Shown here piece after piece: positions 53,413 through 63,552 of a stretch of DNA of 64,000 nt (position 1 is the stretch's first letter; every line of letters begins with the position of its first letter). This DNA comes from a bacterium (GTDB lineage: Bacteria > Bacteroidota > Ignavibacteria > UBA10030). The stretch covers positions 32,001-96,000 of the forward strand of contig JAZDJN010000087.1 of assembly GCA_043803945.1 (NCBI GenBank), in the 5' to 3' direction. The translations under genes were made by a program, and so were the position numbers. The notes under the pieces were generated by a model, which searched no databases, had not been told where the DNA came from, and saw only the letters and a program-made list of their open reading frames with translations.

Positions 53413-54255
53413 ATGAGACATCGTACGTTGCTTTCAACACTCCTGCTCTCCCTCATTACACTCTTCACTATTTCAGTCATTCTGTTCTCTCTCCCGGGTT
53501 GCAGTTCTGCAATCGAACTCACAAACAATTGGAATAACGGAGAGATTAAGATCGATGGTATGAAAGATGATTGGGGCAGCGACCTCTCCTTCCTCCGTCA
53601 ATATTCCTGCTCTATTGGCAGCCGAAACGATAACGAGAATCTGTATGTTTGTTTTGTCGCATCCGAACAGAGAACACAAATCATGATGCTCGGTCTTGGA
53701 TTTACCGTATGGATCGATAGCGCCGGTGGAAATAACAAGACCTTTGGTGTTCACTTTCCGTTGGCGCGTGTAGGACTCGATCGCCGGGTCCTTGCGCAAG
53801 CCATGGGCGGCAGGACTGATCCGGAAGAAATCTGGAGAAATGTGGCCCCTACCCTGACTGAGTATGAACTTGTTAGTTCCTCCAAGACTGTCCACAAAAA
53901 AGTAAATTTGTTTCAAAGCAAGGACCTCGCCGTACGCATCGGTTACATCAATGAATCGCTGGTCTATGAATTGAAAATCCCGCTCAAGAAAGATACCGAG
54001 CATCCCCATGGTATCAACATCGAACCCGGGAAAACAATTAGCCTTGGTTTTGAAGTCGGTTCGTTCTACGTTCCCTCCGCTCAACCAATCTCTCAGGATC
54101 AACAAACTGGAGGAGGCGGCGGTGGGCGCGGGGGTGGCGGCGGTCGCGGAGGCGGGGGAGGGCGAGGAGGTGGCGCTTCAGGGGCAGCTCCAGCCAGCAG
54201 TGGAGGGGGATTCCTTAAAATCTGGACCACAGCAACGCTCGCTACTGCGAAATAG
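53413..54255 (+). CDS. Lipoprotein with CBM9/DOMON-like fold features and a Gly/Arg-rich tail
   Basis: LPG-C lipobox; IKIDG--DDW, NDNENLYV and YELKIPL motifs; (GGGGGR)x3 near the C-terminus. Confidence 0.7.
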   Translation: MRHRTLLSTLLLSLITLFTISVILFSLPGCSSAIELTNNWNNGEIKIDGMKDDWGSDLSFLRQYSCSIGSRNDNENLYVCFVASEQRTQIMMLGLGFTVWIDSAGGNNKTFGVHFPLARVGLDRRVLAQAMGGRTDPEEIWRNVAPTLTEYELVSSSKTVHKKVNLFQSKDLAVRIGYINESLVYELKIPLKKDTEHPHGINIEPGKTISLGFEVGSFYVPSAQPISQDQQTGGGGGGRGGGGGRGGGGGRGGGASGAAPASSGGGFLKIWTTATLATAK

Positions 54256-54389
54256 CCTTGCCCCTAGGTATGGATATCACCTCGAGCCCCATACTGCAGG
54301 ACGATCATTCCGACTTCTCCTCTCGCTGTAAAAGGAGAAGTCGGATTCTTCACATAACCTTGGGCACGGCATTTATCATAAAGAATCGG

Positions 54390-55301
54390 ATGATTCTCCT
54401 TCTCGCCTTTCTCTTCTTTGCACCATTTCTTTACTCACAACAATCGTTTCCGGCCAAACCTGGTAATTACAAACACACACTGCATTTCGATCAGCGAGAA
54501 CGTATCTATCTTCTTCATCTTCCATCGACCTACAATAAAGGTATTGTTTATCCTCTTGTCATTGCATTGCATGGTGGCGGAGGCAACGGAGAAAATATCG
54601 CGGCGATGAGCGGTCTCTCAGTGAAAGCGGACCGGGAGGGATTTATCGTCGTCTATCCGTACGGTACAGGAAGGTTCAAGGAACGATTGTTAACCTGGAA
54701 TGCCGGCAATTGCTGCGGATATGCTCGCGAAAACAACATCGACGATGTGGGATTTATTCGCTCCCTCATCAATGAACTTGAACGAAATTACTCTATCGAT
54801 CCAAAGCGCATCTTTGCAACCGGGATCTCGAACGGAGGAAAGATGTGCTACGTCCTCGCGTGCGCCCTCTCAGAAAAAATTGCCGCAATTGCCCCTGTTG
54901 CCGGTTCCATGGAACTCCCGGCGTGTTCACCGAAGCAACCTGTTTCCGTTGTCATTTTCCACGGAACGAAAGATCAGCACATTCTCTACTCCGGTGGAAT
55001 TCCAATAAAACAAGTTGACCGATCACCACGCGTTGACAGTTCCGTTACATTTGCGGTTGGGTACTGGGTACACCACAACCAATGCTCCCCAACGGCCAGC
55101 ATGACACAACAAGGATCCATCATCAAGGAAAGCTACATCCAATCAACCAATGGATCGGCTGTGATTCTCTACACGATTAAAGGCGGAACACATTCCTGGC
55201 CCGGTGGAAAACGTGGATGGATCCTGGGCGAGAAACCGACGGAGGAAATCTCGGCAACAGAGTTGATGTGGGATTTTTTTTCAAAGCATCCAAAACGATG
55301 A
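54390..55301 (+). CDS. Secreted alpha/beta hydrolase, PHB depolymerase/LpqC-like esterase
   Basis: LHGGGG, WNAGNCCG, DDVGFI, GISNGG nucleophile elbow, HGTKD and HSWPGG motifs. The ATG at 54390 gives a signal peptide. Confidence 0.9.
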   Translation: MILLLAFLFFAPFLYSQQSFPAKPGNYKHTLHFDQRERIYLLHLPSTYNKGIVYPLVIALHGGGGNGENIAAMSGLSVKADREGFIVVYPYGTGRFKERLLTWNAGNCCGYARENNIDDVGFIRSLINELERNYSIDPKRIFATGISNGGKMCYVLACALSEKIAAIAPVAGSMELPACSPKQPVSVVIFHGTKDQHILYSGGIPIKQVDRSPRVDSSVTFAVGYWVHHNQCSPTASMTQQGSIIKESYIQSTNGSAVILYTIKGGTHSWPGGKRGWILGEKPTEEISATELMWDFFSKHPKR

Positions 55302-56632
55302 ACATACTATTGCGAGTCCCGGGGATCACAAGTTTCACTTCAATCGATGACCGCGAGGATCGAGAAGTCTTTCCATTTCTCATACATTCCTGGATCATGC
55401 TCTTTCTTATCGTCATTGCTCTCCCGCAAGCAGTTCACAGTCAGGGTGCCGTAAAAATTTCTACAGGGCTTAAACCACTCACCGAATTAGGACAAGAACT
55501 CTACAAGGGGTACTCCGGCGGACTTTACTCGCAAGGATTGAACACGAGGCCATCAGCACATAACACTGCGGGCCGGGAGATGGCGTTGTCCATTCAACCA
55601 CTGGATCGAGATGGAATACCAAATGCACAGAACGGGAAGATTGTTCTATTGTCAATTGGAATGTCGAATACAACACAGGAGTTTTCCGTCTTCAAGTCCA
55701 TAGCGGATGCGGAAACCGTCAAAAATCCAAAAGTAGTTATCGTCGATGGCGCTCAGGGAGGCCAGACCGCTTCGATCATTATCAATCAGGCCGCGCTGTA
55801 CTGGACCGTGATTGACCAGCGGCTAACCAACGCGGGTGTTACTCGCCAGCAAGTTCAGATTGCATGGATAAAGCAAGCCGACGCTGGCCCAACACGAGGT
55901 TTTCCGGCTTATGCTCAAACATTGCAGTCGGAGCTCGACTCGATTGCCTGCATTCTAAAATTCAAATATCCAAATATCAAACTGTCGTATTGGTCAAGCA
56001 GGATTTATGGTGGGTATGCTACCACCTTGTTGAATCCCGAGCCTTACGCCTATGAATCGGGATTTTCGGTGAAGTGGGCGATCGAACAGCAAATCAATGG
56101 AGATCCTTCGCTCTCCTTCAGGGGCTCATCGGCTAAAGCACCCTGGATGGCATGGGGACCGTATCTCTGGGCCGATGGAACAATACCACGGTCCGATGGA
56201 TTGGTTTGGGTGGTAAACGATTTTGTAGCCGATGGCACACATCCCTCCTCATCAGGTCAACAGAAAGTTGCTCAACTCCTTCTGAATTTTTTTAAGAAGG
56301 ATTCGACGGCTTCAATCTGGTTCACCCGTTCATTCACGATGGCGTTTCCCTCTGACCAAGAGCTTCCTCTGAATTTCTCGCTCGAACAGAACTATCCAAA
56401 TCCATTTAACCCTTCCACGATGATATCATATCAGATTCCTGTTACGGGTGATATTTCACTCTCAGTGTACAACCAACATGGAGAACGCATTCTCACTCTT
56501 GTTGAAGGGCGACAATCTGCTGGTACCCATCGTCTTACCTGGAATGCTTCTGGTTTTTCCACCGGTATTTATTATTGTCAACTCAAAACCGGCACTTACC
56601 AGAACACGAGGAAACTTCTCCTGCTTAGATAG
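55298..56632 (+). CDS. T9SS-secreted protein with an SGNH-like hydrolase domain
   Basis: SIGMSNT and DGTHPS motifs; C-terminal FSLEQNYPNPFNPST...STGIYYCQL...KLLLLR. The start is uncertain (55298 or 55397). Confidence 0.75.
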   Translation: MNILLRVPGITSFTSIDDREDREVFPFLIHSWIMLFLIVIALPQAVHSQGAVKISTGLKPLTELGQELYKGYSGGLYSQGLNTRPSAHNTAGREMALSIQPLDRDGIPNAQNGKIVLLSIGMSNTTQEFSVFKSIADAETVKNPKVVIVDGAQGGQTASIIINQAALYWTVIDQRLTNAGVTRQQVQIAWIKQADAGPTRGFPAYAQTLQSELDSIACILKFKYPNIKLSYWSSRIYGGYATTLLNPEPYAYESGFSVKWAIEQQINGDPSLSFRGSSAKAPWMAWGPYLWADGTIPRSDGLVWVVNDFVADGTHPSSSGQQKVAQLLLNFFKKDSTASIWFTRSFTMAFPSDQELPLNFSLEQNYPNPFNPSTMISYQIPVTGDISLSVYNQHGERILTLVEGRQSAGTHRLTWNASGFSTGIYYCQLKTGTYQNTRKLLLLR

Positions 56633-56993
56633 TGACGGACAATTTCCCTTTTTTCAAAACTCAGAATCCTGAGGAACTGCCGAGTTGATTCTCAATCTTC
56701 TACAATCCGAAACACAAAATTAAAGCTCATCCGAAAAGAATTGACCAGACGATATCGTTGAATATCGCAACACATGATTCCGCACACATTTTTCTGGTTC
56801 ACGTTGATAAGAACGAACTCTCTGTTCTCTTCCTCTGCTAGATATGAAACAGAATACTTGGCTCAACACATTCTTCGTCAATATTCGGATCAAATAACCA
56901 CCATTCTCCAAACGGAGAGAATACCAAGAACAAAGGATACAATTTTTTAAAATCCCGGAGAGGCTTTATTGTTGTCAACGGAATCCTCTTTAT

Positions 56994-57086
56994 TTCAATG
57001 CATCAAACCTCCCCAGCGGAATCTATCTCTATCAACTCACCGCCGGGTCGGTCATACAGCAGCGCAAGATGACGATTCTGAAATAA
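56994..57086 (+). pseudogene. Orphan 3' fragment of a T9SS sorting domain
   Basis: FNASNLPSGIYLYQLTAGSVIQQRKMTILK*, with no matching upstream coding sequence. Confidence 0.75.
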
Positions 57087-57248
57087 CGCATTTGAGTTCT
57101 TCCGAACATGAAAAAGGAAGCTGGAGAGTGTTTTCTGTGAACTGACTATTGTTGGTAAGCGGGCTTACTGTTCATCGTCAAGTGGAGGGATCGATTTCGG
57201 CTGACCGAAGAGTTCGGGAAGATCGTTGACGTCAACCTCAATGAGCAA

Positions 57249-58136
57249 TTAAGGCAGTGAGATTTGAAGGCCTTCGCGTGCTCCGAAGCACTCTACGGTT
57301 CCATTCAAGAGAGCAATGTGTTCTTTTGCCTGCGTCACCATCCCATCGACAAATTGATCATCATGCAATGGATCATGATGGAAGAGCGCCAGTCGCTTGA
57401 CATTTGCCTGGACTGCAAAACGAACCGTTGTCTCAAGCGATGAATGGCCCCATCCCCGTTTCTCTTGATATTCATCCTCTGTATACTGAGCCTCGCCGAT
57501 ATATAAATCTGCATCTGATAAAAAATTTACAAACTTCTCGTCGAGGTAGATGGGGAAGTCGACGGCCGTGGCGTTCTTGTGCAGCGTAGACTCGAGTGAG
57601 CCCATGTAGGGCTCATTATCGGTGGCATAGACAACGCTGTTGACTCCGTCGGAAACACGATAGGCGATGCAGAGTGCCGGGTGATTAAGGTAGAATTGTT
57701 GCACCGTAAGAGGTCCAACAGAAAAATCCTCACGCACTTCATGGATTTCGAAATTTGGTGTCATCGACCCAAGCTCGACGGGGAAATAATCCGTACTCAT
57801 CTGTACTTTCATAAGTTCATTGAGGGATTTGTCTCTTCCCGGCGGGCCATAGAGGTGAATATAATTTTTTTGACGGTATGCCGGAAGAAAGAACGGGAAT
57901 CCCTGAATGTGATCCCAGTGTGTATGACTGATAAAAATATGGAGTGTCAATGATGTGTCGGCGAATTCCTTGAGCAGTTTATCGCCGAGCTGCCGGATAC
58001 CTGTCCCTGCATCGAAAATGACAATTTGGTTCGAAGCCCGAAGTTCCACACACGATGTATTGCCCCCATACCGCATCGTCTCCGGGCCCGGAGAAGCGAT
58101 GGATCCGCGTGTTCCCCAAAAGGTAATGTTCATCAT
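57249..58136 (-). CDS. MBL-fold metallo-hydrolase (RNase Z/cyclic nucleotide phosphodiesterase-like)
   Basis: ITFWGTRGS, YGGNTSC, DAGTG, SHTHWDHIQG, TDNE, WGHS and FHHDP motifs. Confidence 0.92.
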   Translation of the reverse strand: MMNITFWGTRGSIASPGPETMRYGGNTSCVELRASNQIVIFDAGTGIRQLGDKLLKEFADTSLTLHIFISHTHWDHIQGFPFFLPAYRQKNYIHLYGPPGRDKSLNELMKVQMSTDYFPVELGSMTPNFEIHEVREDFSVGPLTVQQFYLNHPALCIAYRVSDGVNSVVYATDNEPYMGSLESTLHKNATAVDFPIYLDEKFVNFLSDADLYIGEAQYTEDEYQEKRGWGHSSLETTVRFAVQANVKRLALFHHDPLHDDQFVDGMVTQAKEHIALLNGTVECFGAREGLQISLP

Positions 58137-58552
58137 GGTGAGTTTCTTCGTTTAGTAAGGTGCTTTTCACTAAGATCGAGAAGAGATTCCAAGTCCATCG
58201 GTTTGACAACGTAGGCGTCTGCTCCTAACTCCATGGACTTATCAACATCAGGTTTATAGGATTTTGCAGACATAATGATAATCGCAGTCTTGTTGAATTG
58301 GGAATCTTCCCGCAAAGCCTTGCACACTTCGAAACCCAGCATTCCTGGCATCATCAGGTCGAGAAGAATGAGATCGGGGTGATGTTCCTTTGCCATGGCA
58401 AGTCCCTGCTCCCCATTGTCAGCCTCGTGAACAGTATATCCTGCACGCCGAAAACCCATGGCAACCATTCGACGATAGAATTCCTCATCATCAATAAGAA
58501 GGACGGTGGTATTCACCAGTAGTATCTCCACTGAAGGTTGAGAGCACAACAC
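58133..58552 (-). CDS. Single-domain response regulator
   Basis: LLIDDE, PDLILLDLMMPG, MSAK and GADAYVVKP motifs. The true start is probably the GTG at about 58519. Confidence 0.88.
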   Translation of the reverse strand: MLCSQPSVEILLVNTTVLLIDDEEFYRRMVAMGFRRAGYTVHEADNGEQGLAMAKEHHPDLILLDLMMPGMLGFEVCKALREDSQFNKTAIIIMSAKSYKPDVDKSMELGADAYVVKPMDLESLLDLSEKHLTKRRNSP

Positions 58553-58713
58553 ACGTCTCGATGCTTGCGGCTAACTTATGAATTACTTTTACGAAAGGCA
58601 ACACAAGGAGCGCTCTTTACCCTGTATTGTGCGGAAACGCACGCACTCGACGGGGAGACGGTTTCGCCAGACTTATCGAATTTTTTGATATGGTGAGGGT
58701 TTTTACAGGATTG

Positions 58714-58788
58714 TCGGGGTGAGAGGATTCGAACCTCCGGCCTCTTGCGCCCAAGGCAAGCGCTCTAACCGGGCTGAGCTACACCCCG
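58714..58788 (-). tRNA. tRNA-Pro (TGG)
   Basis: CGGGGTGTAGCTCAGCCCGGTTAGAGCGCTTGCCTTGGGCGCAAGAGGCCGGAGGTTCGAATCCTCTCACCCCGA folds as a cloverleaf with anticodon TGG; CCA is not encoded. Confidence 0.96.
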
Positions 58789-59093
58789 ATACTGTTGTTC
58801 ACCGGCATCAAAGTACAAAAAAAACGATGGGAAGTCAATGAAAGGAATCTCCTCGAATCCTGCCACTGGTTGTCACCGTGATTGAGAGTATAAAGAATGT
58901 GTGTGAGAAACTCCGATCCCCATACCATGCCTGCGGGACTGGATCTCGCCAAAGGTTCTTCCTTCGATCGCGAGCATCGCTCAGATGGCGAACGTCGATG
59001 GGAGGTGGGGTGAGGTTTACTCTTCACCTCTTGCATTTGCTTTTAATATTCTCTCTTACTAACATAGCGGTGAATTACTAGGAGCTATTTTTC

Positions 59094-59489
59094 ATGGAAG
59101 CAGAACAAAGAAAAAAAATTCTCATTGTGGATGATGAGGAATCTGTAGCCTATCTTCTTCGCCGCCATATGGCAGCTGCGGGATATGAAACGGCGTACGC
59201 AGCGACGGGAGAAGAGGCATTACAGATTATTGAGAAGGACCTTCCCGATTTAATATTACTCGATATTATGATGCCCGAAATGAACGGCTTTGAAGTATGC
59301 CGACACTTGCGTGATCATGAAAAGACCAAGAAAATTCCTGTTATCATGGTAACGGCTCTCTCTTCTCAAGTCGATTCTTATCAGGCTCGGATGAGCGGTG
59401 CGAATGATGTCGTTGTAAAACCAGTTGATGGAGCGGATCTCACCAACCGCGTTCGGCGATTTATCGGCTCGCCCTTTAAACTCTCATAA
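59094..59489 (+). CDS. Single-domain response regulator
   Basis: ILIVDDE, PDLILLDIMMPEMNG, MVTA and VVKP motifs; AGGAG RBS. Confidence 0.92.
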   Translation: MEAEQRKKILIVDDEESVAYLLRRHMAAAGYETAYAATGEEALQIIEKDLPDLILLDIMMPEMNGFEVCRHLRDHEKTKKIPVIMVTALSSQVDSYQARMSGANDVVVKPVDGADLTNRVRRFIGSPFKLS

Positions 59490-59584
59490 CACTTCTTCGG
59501 TGAAAAAAAATCGGATTCGATAAAATTCCGGCTTCTCAATTTTCATCCGTCGCTGTCAGCATAGCCGTAACAGATACATGCTTA

Positions 59585-60820
59585 TTATCGTTTCGCCAGC
59601 CATGATTCCGGGTTTTGATTGTCTTTCTCCTTCCAGATTTCAAAATGGAGAATAGCGCCTTCCATTGAATCACCACTTTTGGCAATCAATTGGCCCGCCT
59701 TCACCTTTTCCGCTTCCGCTACAGAGACTTCTGAGAGATGTGCGTATACCGTGCGGTACCCGCTATAGTGATTAAGAATGAGGATGTTCCCCAGTCCGGC
59801 GATAAATGATACTATCGATACTTCACCATCTGCAACAGCTTGAACATCAGAACCGGATTTCACTTTGATATCAATACCAGAATTGATGGTCTTGGTATGC
59901 ATGCGGGGGTGGGTATTCTCGCCAAACGGGAAGAGAATTTCTCTGCTTTTCACCGGCCATCGCAACGATCCTTTCTGGAAGGCAATTGTTCCTGCCGGTT
60001 CACGAGCCGGTGACGAAGGAAGTTTCGAAGAGCCCGTTGATCTTGGTTTATCCCTTGAGGCAAGGAGGTCGGTTTCTTTCCGCAGTCGCTCCTTTTCAAT
60101 AAGATCAGCAATCATTTTCTGAACACCCTTCAGCGCCGATTTCTTTCTGTTGAGTTCTTGTTGATAGACAAGCTGGTCTTTCTTCAACGATGTGAGATAG
60201 TTCTTTCGCTGTGAGACTTTTTTCGAAAGCAAAAGCTCCTCTTTGTTTTTTTCGCCGAGAAGCTGCCGCTCGTTGCGCAGGCTGGACTGGAGGCGGGTAT
60301 TTTCCCGTTCGAGGGCATCCCGTTTACCGGTAATTCCTTTGAGATCGCGGGAACGCTGATCGGAAAACCGCCTGAAGTACTCAATGCGGATAGAGAGCTG
60401 GTTAAGTGATTTGGAGGAGAGTAACAATTCAAGATCGTAGACCCGGCCATATTTATACATCGAACGCACATACTTCGCATAGTGCTCTTTCAATGATCCT
60501 AAATGCCGTTCAAGCTCGGTGATGGAGCTCTTTGCCTCGGTAATCTCCGAGGTGATTTGCTGCTCCTCTGCCCTAAGCCGGTGGATCAGCGACCGGATCA
60601 GATTCGATTGCTTCTCAAGATTATCGATATGATCGATCGTCTTCCGTTCATTTTTCTCACTCTCGGTCAGTCTCTTTTCATAGTCTGCAATTTCAGTGCG
60701 CAGACGCGCCAAATCCCGTTCTTTCTTCGCTATCTCTTTGTCCTGCTGGCGACCAAAAGCTCCACCGGAAAGTACAAGAGCAGCTAATAAAAGGAGGAAA
60801 TATGTTATTCGATGATTCAT
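59585..60820 (-). CDS. envC: Murein hydrolase activator EnvC-like protein (coiled coil plus degenerate M23 domain)
   Basis: Signal peptide, long coiled coil, KGSLRWPV, NSGIDI (lacking the first metal His), YRTVYAHL and LHFEIW motifs. Confidence 0.85.
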   Translation of the reverse strand: MNHRITYFLLLLAALVLSGGAFGRQQDKEIAKKERDLARLRTEIADYEKRLTESEKNERKTIDHIDNLEKQSNLIRSLIHRLRAEEQQITSEITEAKSSITELERHLGSLKEHYAKYVRSMYKYGRVYDLELLLSSKSLNQLSIRIEYFRRFSDQRSRDLKGITGKRDALERENTRLQSSLRNERQLLGEKNKEELLLSKKVSQRKNYLTSLKKDQLVYQQELNRKKSALKGVQKMIADLIEKERLRKETDLLASRDKPRSTGSSKLPSSPAREPAGTIAFQKGSLRWPVKSREILFPFGENTHPRMHTKTINSGIDIKVKSGSDVQAVADGEVSIVSFIAGLGNILILNHYSGYRTVYAHLSEVSVAEAEKVKAGQLIAKSGDSMEGAILHFEIWKEKDNQNPESWLAKR

Positions 60821-61605
60821 CGCAAGGTAATGCGTTCCGCACTCACAGGAACTTCAAGTTCGATGGTCTCTGACGGCCCGTTAACCACAATGGCTGAGAA
60901 GACCACAGCCATCATCCTTCGCTCATTGTGCTGGATGATGCGTACAGCAGCCGGCAACTGGCTGTTTTCAACAACCCGGAAATTTGCATAGCGGAGTTCA
61001 ACCCGGGGCTTCCCCGTGAGATCGTACTGGAAAATCTTGGTGATCAGCGACGTGGAAGGATCAATCCAGTATTGATGCCTGCCTGAAACATGATCGAAGT
61101 TGAGGACAATGCTCTCCTCTGCCTTGGAGATCGAAGAAGGCTCACCCTGATCGCCAGCGGCAAAAGAGCCACCCGTGAACAGTGCAATCAGTTGTTCAAA
61201 TTCTACTTCTACCTTCAGGACCCGCTTCATATTGGCAGCATTCATCGACCCCGAAATCAACTGATTGCTCAAACTATTATAGAATTGAAACCTCGTCGGT
61301 GTCAAGAGTCCCGACCCAATAGAGATCCCGAAAGGGCCCTCCACTTTCAAAAAAATGGTATCGGGTTTTTTCAGATAGACTTCAAAGGAACCGCTTTGGG
61401 CAAATTCGGGAGATTCAACAGTAAGATTTCCCGCACCGGAAAGTGTATGAATTTGAGCATGGTGTGCAAGAACAGCGGAACGAATTGTTGTCGGTGTCAT
61501 GGTTGTGGTGATGGTTGCCATACTTTTGGTCTTCGAAGTTGAGGCACACCCCATGCAGAGGACAACTGCGATGAACAGAACCGGAAGAGACCGCGGAACC
61601 GTCAC
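60817..61605 (-). CDS. DUF4292/LolB-like lipoprotein
   Basis: The GTG at 61605 overlaps the upstream stop (GTGA); CMG-C lipobox; GPFGI motif; lies between the TPR and EnvC genes. Confidence 0.7.
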   Translation of the reverse strand: MTVPRSLPVLFIAVVLCMGCASTSKTKSMATITTTMTPTTIRSAVLAHHAQIHTLSGAGNLTVESPEFAQSGSFEVYLKKPDTIFLKVEGPFGISIGSGLLTPTRFQFYNSLSNQLISGSMNAANMKRVLKVEVEFEQLIALFTGGSFAAGDQGEPSSISKAEESIVLNFDHVSGRHQYWIDPSTSLITKIFQYDLTGKPRVELRYANFRVVENSQLPAAVRIIQHNERRMMAVVFSAIVVNGPSETIELEVPVSAERITLR

Positions 61606-63341
61606 ATCAATCCTCGTGCAAGTTTCTCTCGCAGAGTCTGATTCCCCGTATCCATATCCAGCGCCCTCCTCCACATTTGTTTAGCCTGGTCTTTCTTTCC
61701 CAGTTTATAATAGATATCGCCAAGGTGTTCGTGGACGGTAGCACTGGCCTCACCGGCCTGAAGAGCTTTTTTCACATACTGCTCTGCCTCATCGAATTTC
61801 TCAAGCTTAAAATAGATCCACCCGACGGTATCCAGATACGATGGATTGTTTGGTTCAGCCTCAATTGCTTTAAGAGCCATTTTCAACGCGCGCTGAAGTT
61901 GGATTCCGCGTTCAGCAAGGCTGTAACTATAGTTGTTGAGAATCAGCGGCAACTGCGATTCCAGCTTTAGTGCTTTCTCATAGAGCGTATCCGATTCATT
62001 AAAGCGTTTAAGACCATCCAGGGTGAGTGCCAGGGAGCTGAGGGTATTCATATCGTCCGGTTTGAGCTCAAGTGCTTTCTGAAACATCTCAATGGCTTCT
62101 GGTTGTCTGTCCATTCGGGTATAGGCCAATCCCGTCAACAGATAGACCCGGTGATCTTTGGGCAATGATTTCCGGGCTTTCTCCATAATCTCGAGAAGCT
62201 TCTGATACTCTCCTTTATCAAACAATGATGAGCCAAGGAACCACCATGCATCTCCATTCCATTGTGCAAGCTCTATTACGTGTTCCATGTAGTCCGTGGC
62301 GATAGAGTCTTCCTTTCCCCGCGCTGCAATAGCTCCCAGGTACCAATAGGGGCGCCAATCGTTTGGAATTTCCTTTTGCATCTCCTCAAAGAGCGATTTG
62401 GCTCGCTTGGCAAAGGTGGAATCCTTTCCAATCTGTCCAAAGTATGCAATACCAACGCGCAGCCGAACCTCGGGATTTTTGTTATCCTTTTTTAGTATTC
62501 TATCGTATAGTGCCAGGGCCTGGATAAACTCATTCCGTTCCAGATGCAGATCGGCAAGGAGAGCAATGGATTCAACATCATTTTCGTTTTTTTCAATCAG
62601 ATCTTCAAGAAGCGTTTGTGCCTCTTTTACTCTGCCAGACCGGACATCCATCTCGGCGAGCTGCCGTTGAAGTATACTGTTACTGGGATCGAGTTCGAGC
62701 ATCTTTCGATATTTTGCCGCTGCTTGATCAAAGTGACCAAGCGCCTGATACAATTCTGCGGCCTGCAGCAACACATTCCAATCATCACCTTCCTGTTCTA
62801 GGATCCGCTCTAAAATCTTTGCCGATTCCAGTGGTTTATGAGCTCTGGTGAGTTGTGCCAGGTTATACCAGGCACTTGTATTCATAGAGTCAATGGCGAG
62901 AATAATGCGAAATTCGTTCGCCGCCAATTCCTGTTGATTCGCCCTGAGATAAATGGTGGCAAGGTTTTCCCGGTATGCAATCTTTTGTGAGTCGAGCCGA
63001 ACAGCTTCCCTGGCTGATTGTGCAGCAAGGTCCTGTTTCCCCAACAGAGAATAATCCTTCGAAAGGGCATAGAAAATTGCAGGATCGGAATCTTCACGAA
63101 GAGCATCCTGATATTCAAGCACAGCTTCAGCGTAGAGTTCTTGAGAATCATAGACCGATCCCTTGATAAAATGACTCAGGGCGCGGTCTTTCTGAATTTC
63201 CCGCCGCTTTGCCTCCATTCTCTGTTTGAGAATCTCTTCAGGAGATAGCGTGATAGTTTCTCGGGAAGTGCCGCATCCAACAAACAGGAGTAGCACAAGC
63301 AACAACAGCCGTACATCGATTTTTATCATTTGTATTTTCAT
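61602..63341 (-). CDS. TPR-repeat lipoprotein
   Basis: FVG-C lipobox; many TPRs; LNNYSYSLAE, YLDTVGWIYFK and EHLGDIY motifs. Confidence 0.92.
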   Translation of the reverse strand: MKIQMIKIDVRLLLLVLLLFVGCGTSRETITLSPEEILKQRMEAKRREIQKDRALSHFIKGSVYDSQELYAEAVLEYQDALREDSDPAIFYALSKDYSLLGKQDLAAQSAREAVRLDSQKIAYRENLATIYLRANQQELAANEFRIILAIDSMNTSAWYNLAQLTRAHKPLESAKILERILEQEGDDWNVLLQAAELYQALGHFDQAAAKYRKMLELDPSNSILQRQLAEMDVRSGRVKEAQTLLEDLIEKNENDVESIALLADLHLERNEFIQALALYDRILKKDNKNPEVRLRVGIAYFGQIGKDSTFAKRAKSLFEEMQKEIPNDWRPYWYLGAIAARGKEDSIATDYMEHVIELAQWNGDAWWFLGSSLFDKGEYQKLLEIMEKARKSLPKDHRVYLLTGLAYTRMDRQPEAIEMFQKALELKPDDMNTLSSLALTLDGLKRFNESDTLYEKALKLESQLPLILNNYSYSLAERGIQLQRALKMALKAIEAEPNNPSYLDTVGWIYFKLEKFDEAEQYVKKALQAGEASATVHEHLGDIYYKLGKKDQAKQMWRRALDMDTGNQTLREKLARGLM

Positions 63342-63480
63342 TTCAACAAAAATATATCGAATAACACTATGAATAACAAGAAATGGAGGGAAAGGATTCC
63401 GCTAGAAATTCCAGCTCACTCTACTGATAATCTGAATTATTACTTGAACTGTTCAAGCAAATTGCATAACCAGCCGATGC

Positions 63481-63509
63481 TTGACTTTCGATGCTGGGTT
63501 TGATACATT
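63481..63509 (+). promoter_or_regulatory. Candidate sigma70 promoter
   Basis: TTGACT-N17-TACATT, upstream of a GGAGG RBS and the ATG at 63553. Confidence 0.5.
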
Positions 63510-63552
63510 GAAATCGTTTTCAATTACCTAATTGTCACAGCCCGGAGGGAAT

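Noticed and set aside
54109-54174. GC-rich 18-bp-period repeat
   Set aside because: It is explained by the (GGGGGR)n low-complexity tail of the lipoprotein.
58714-58788. tRNA-Pro as an integration site
   Set aside because: There is no integrase nearby and I saw no duplicate of the tRNA 3' end.
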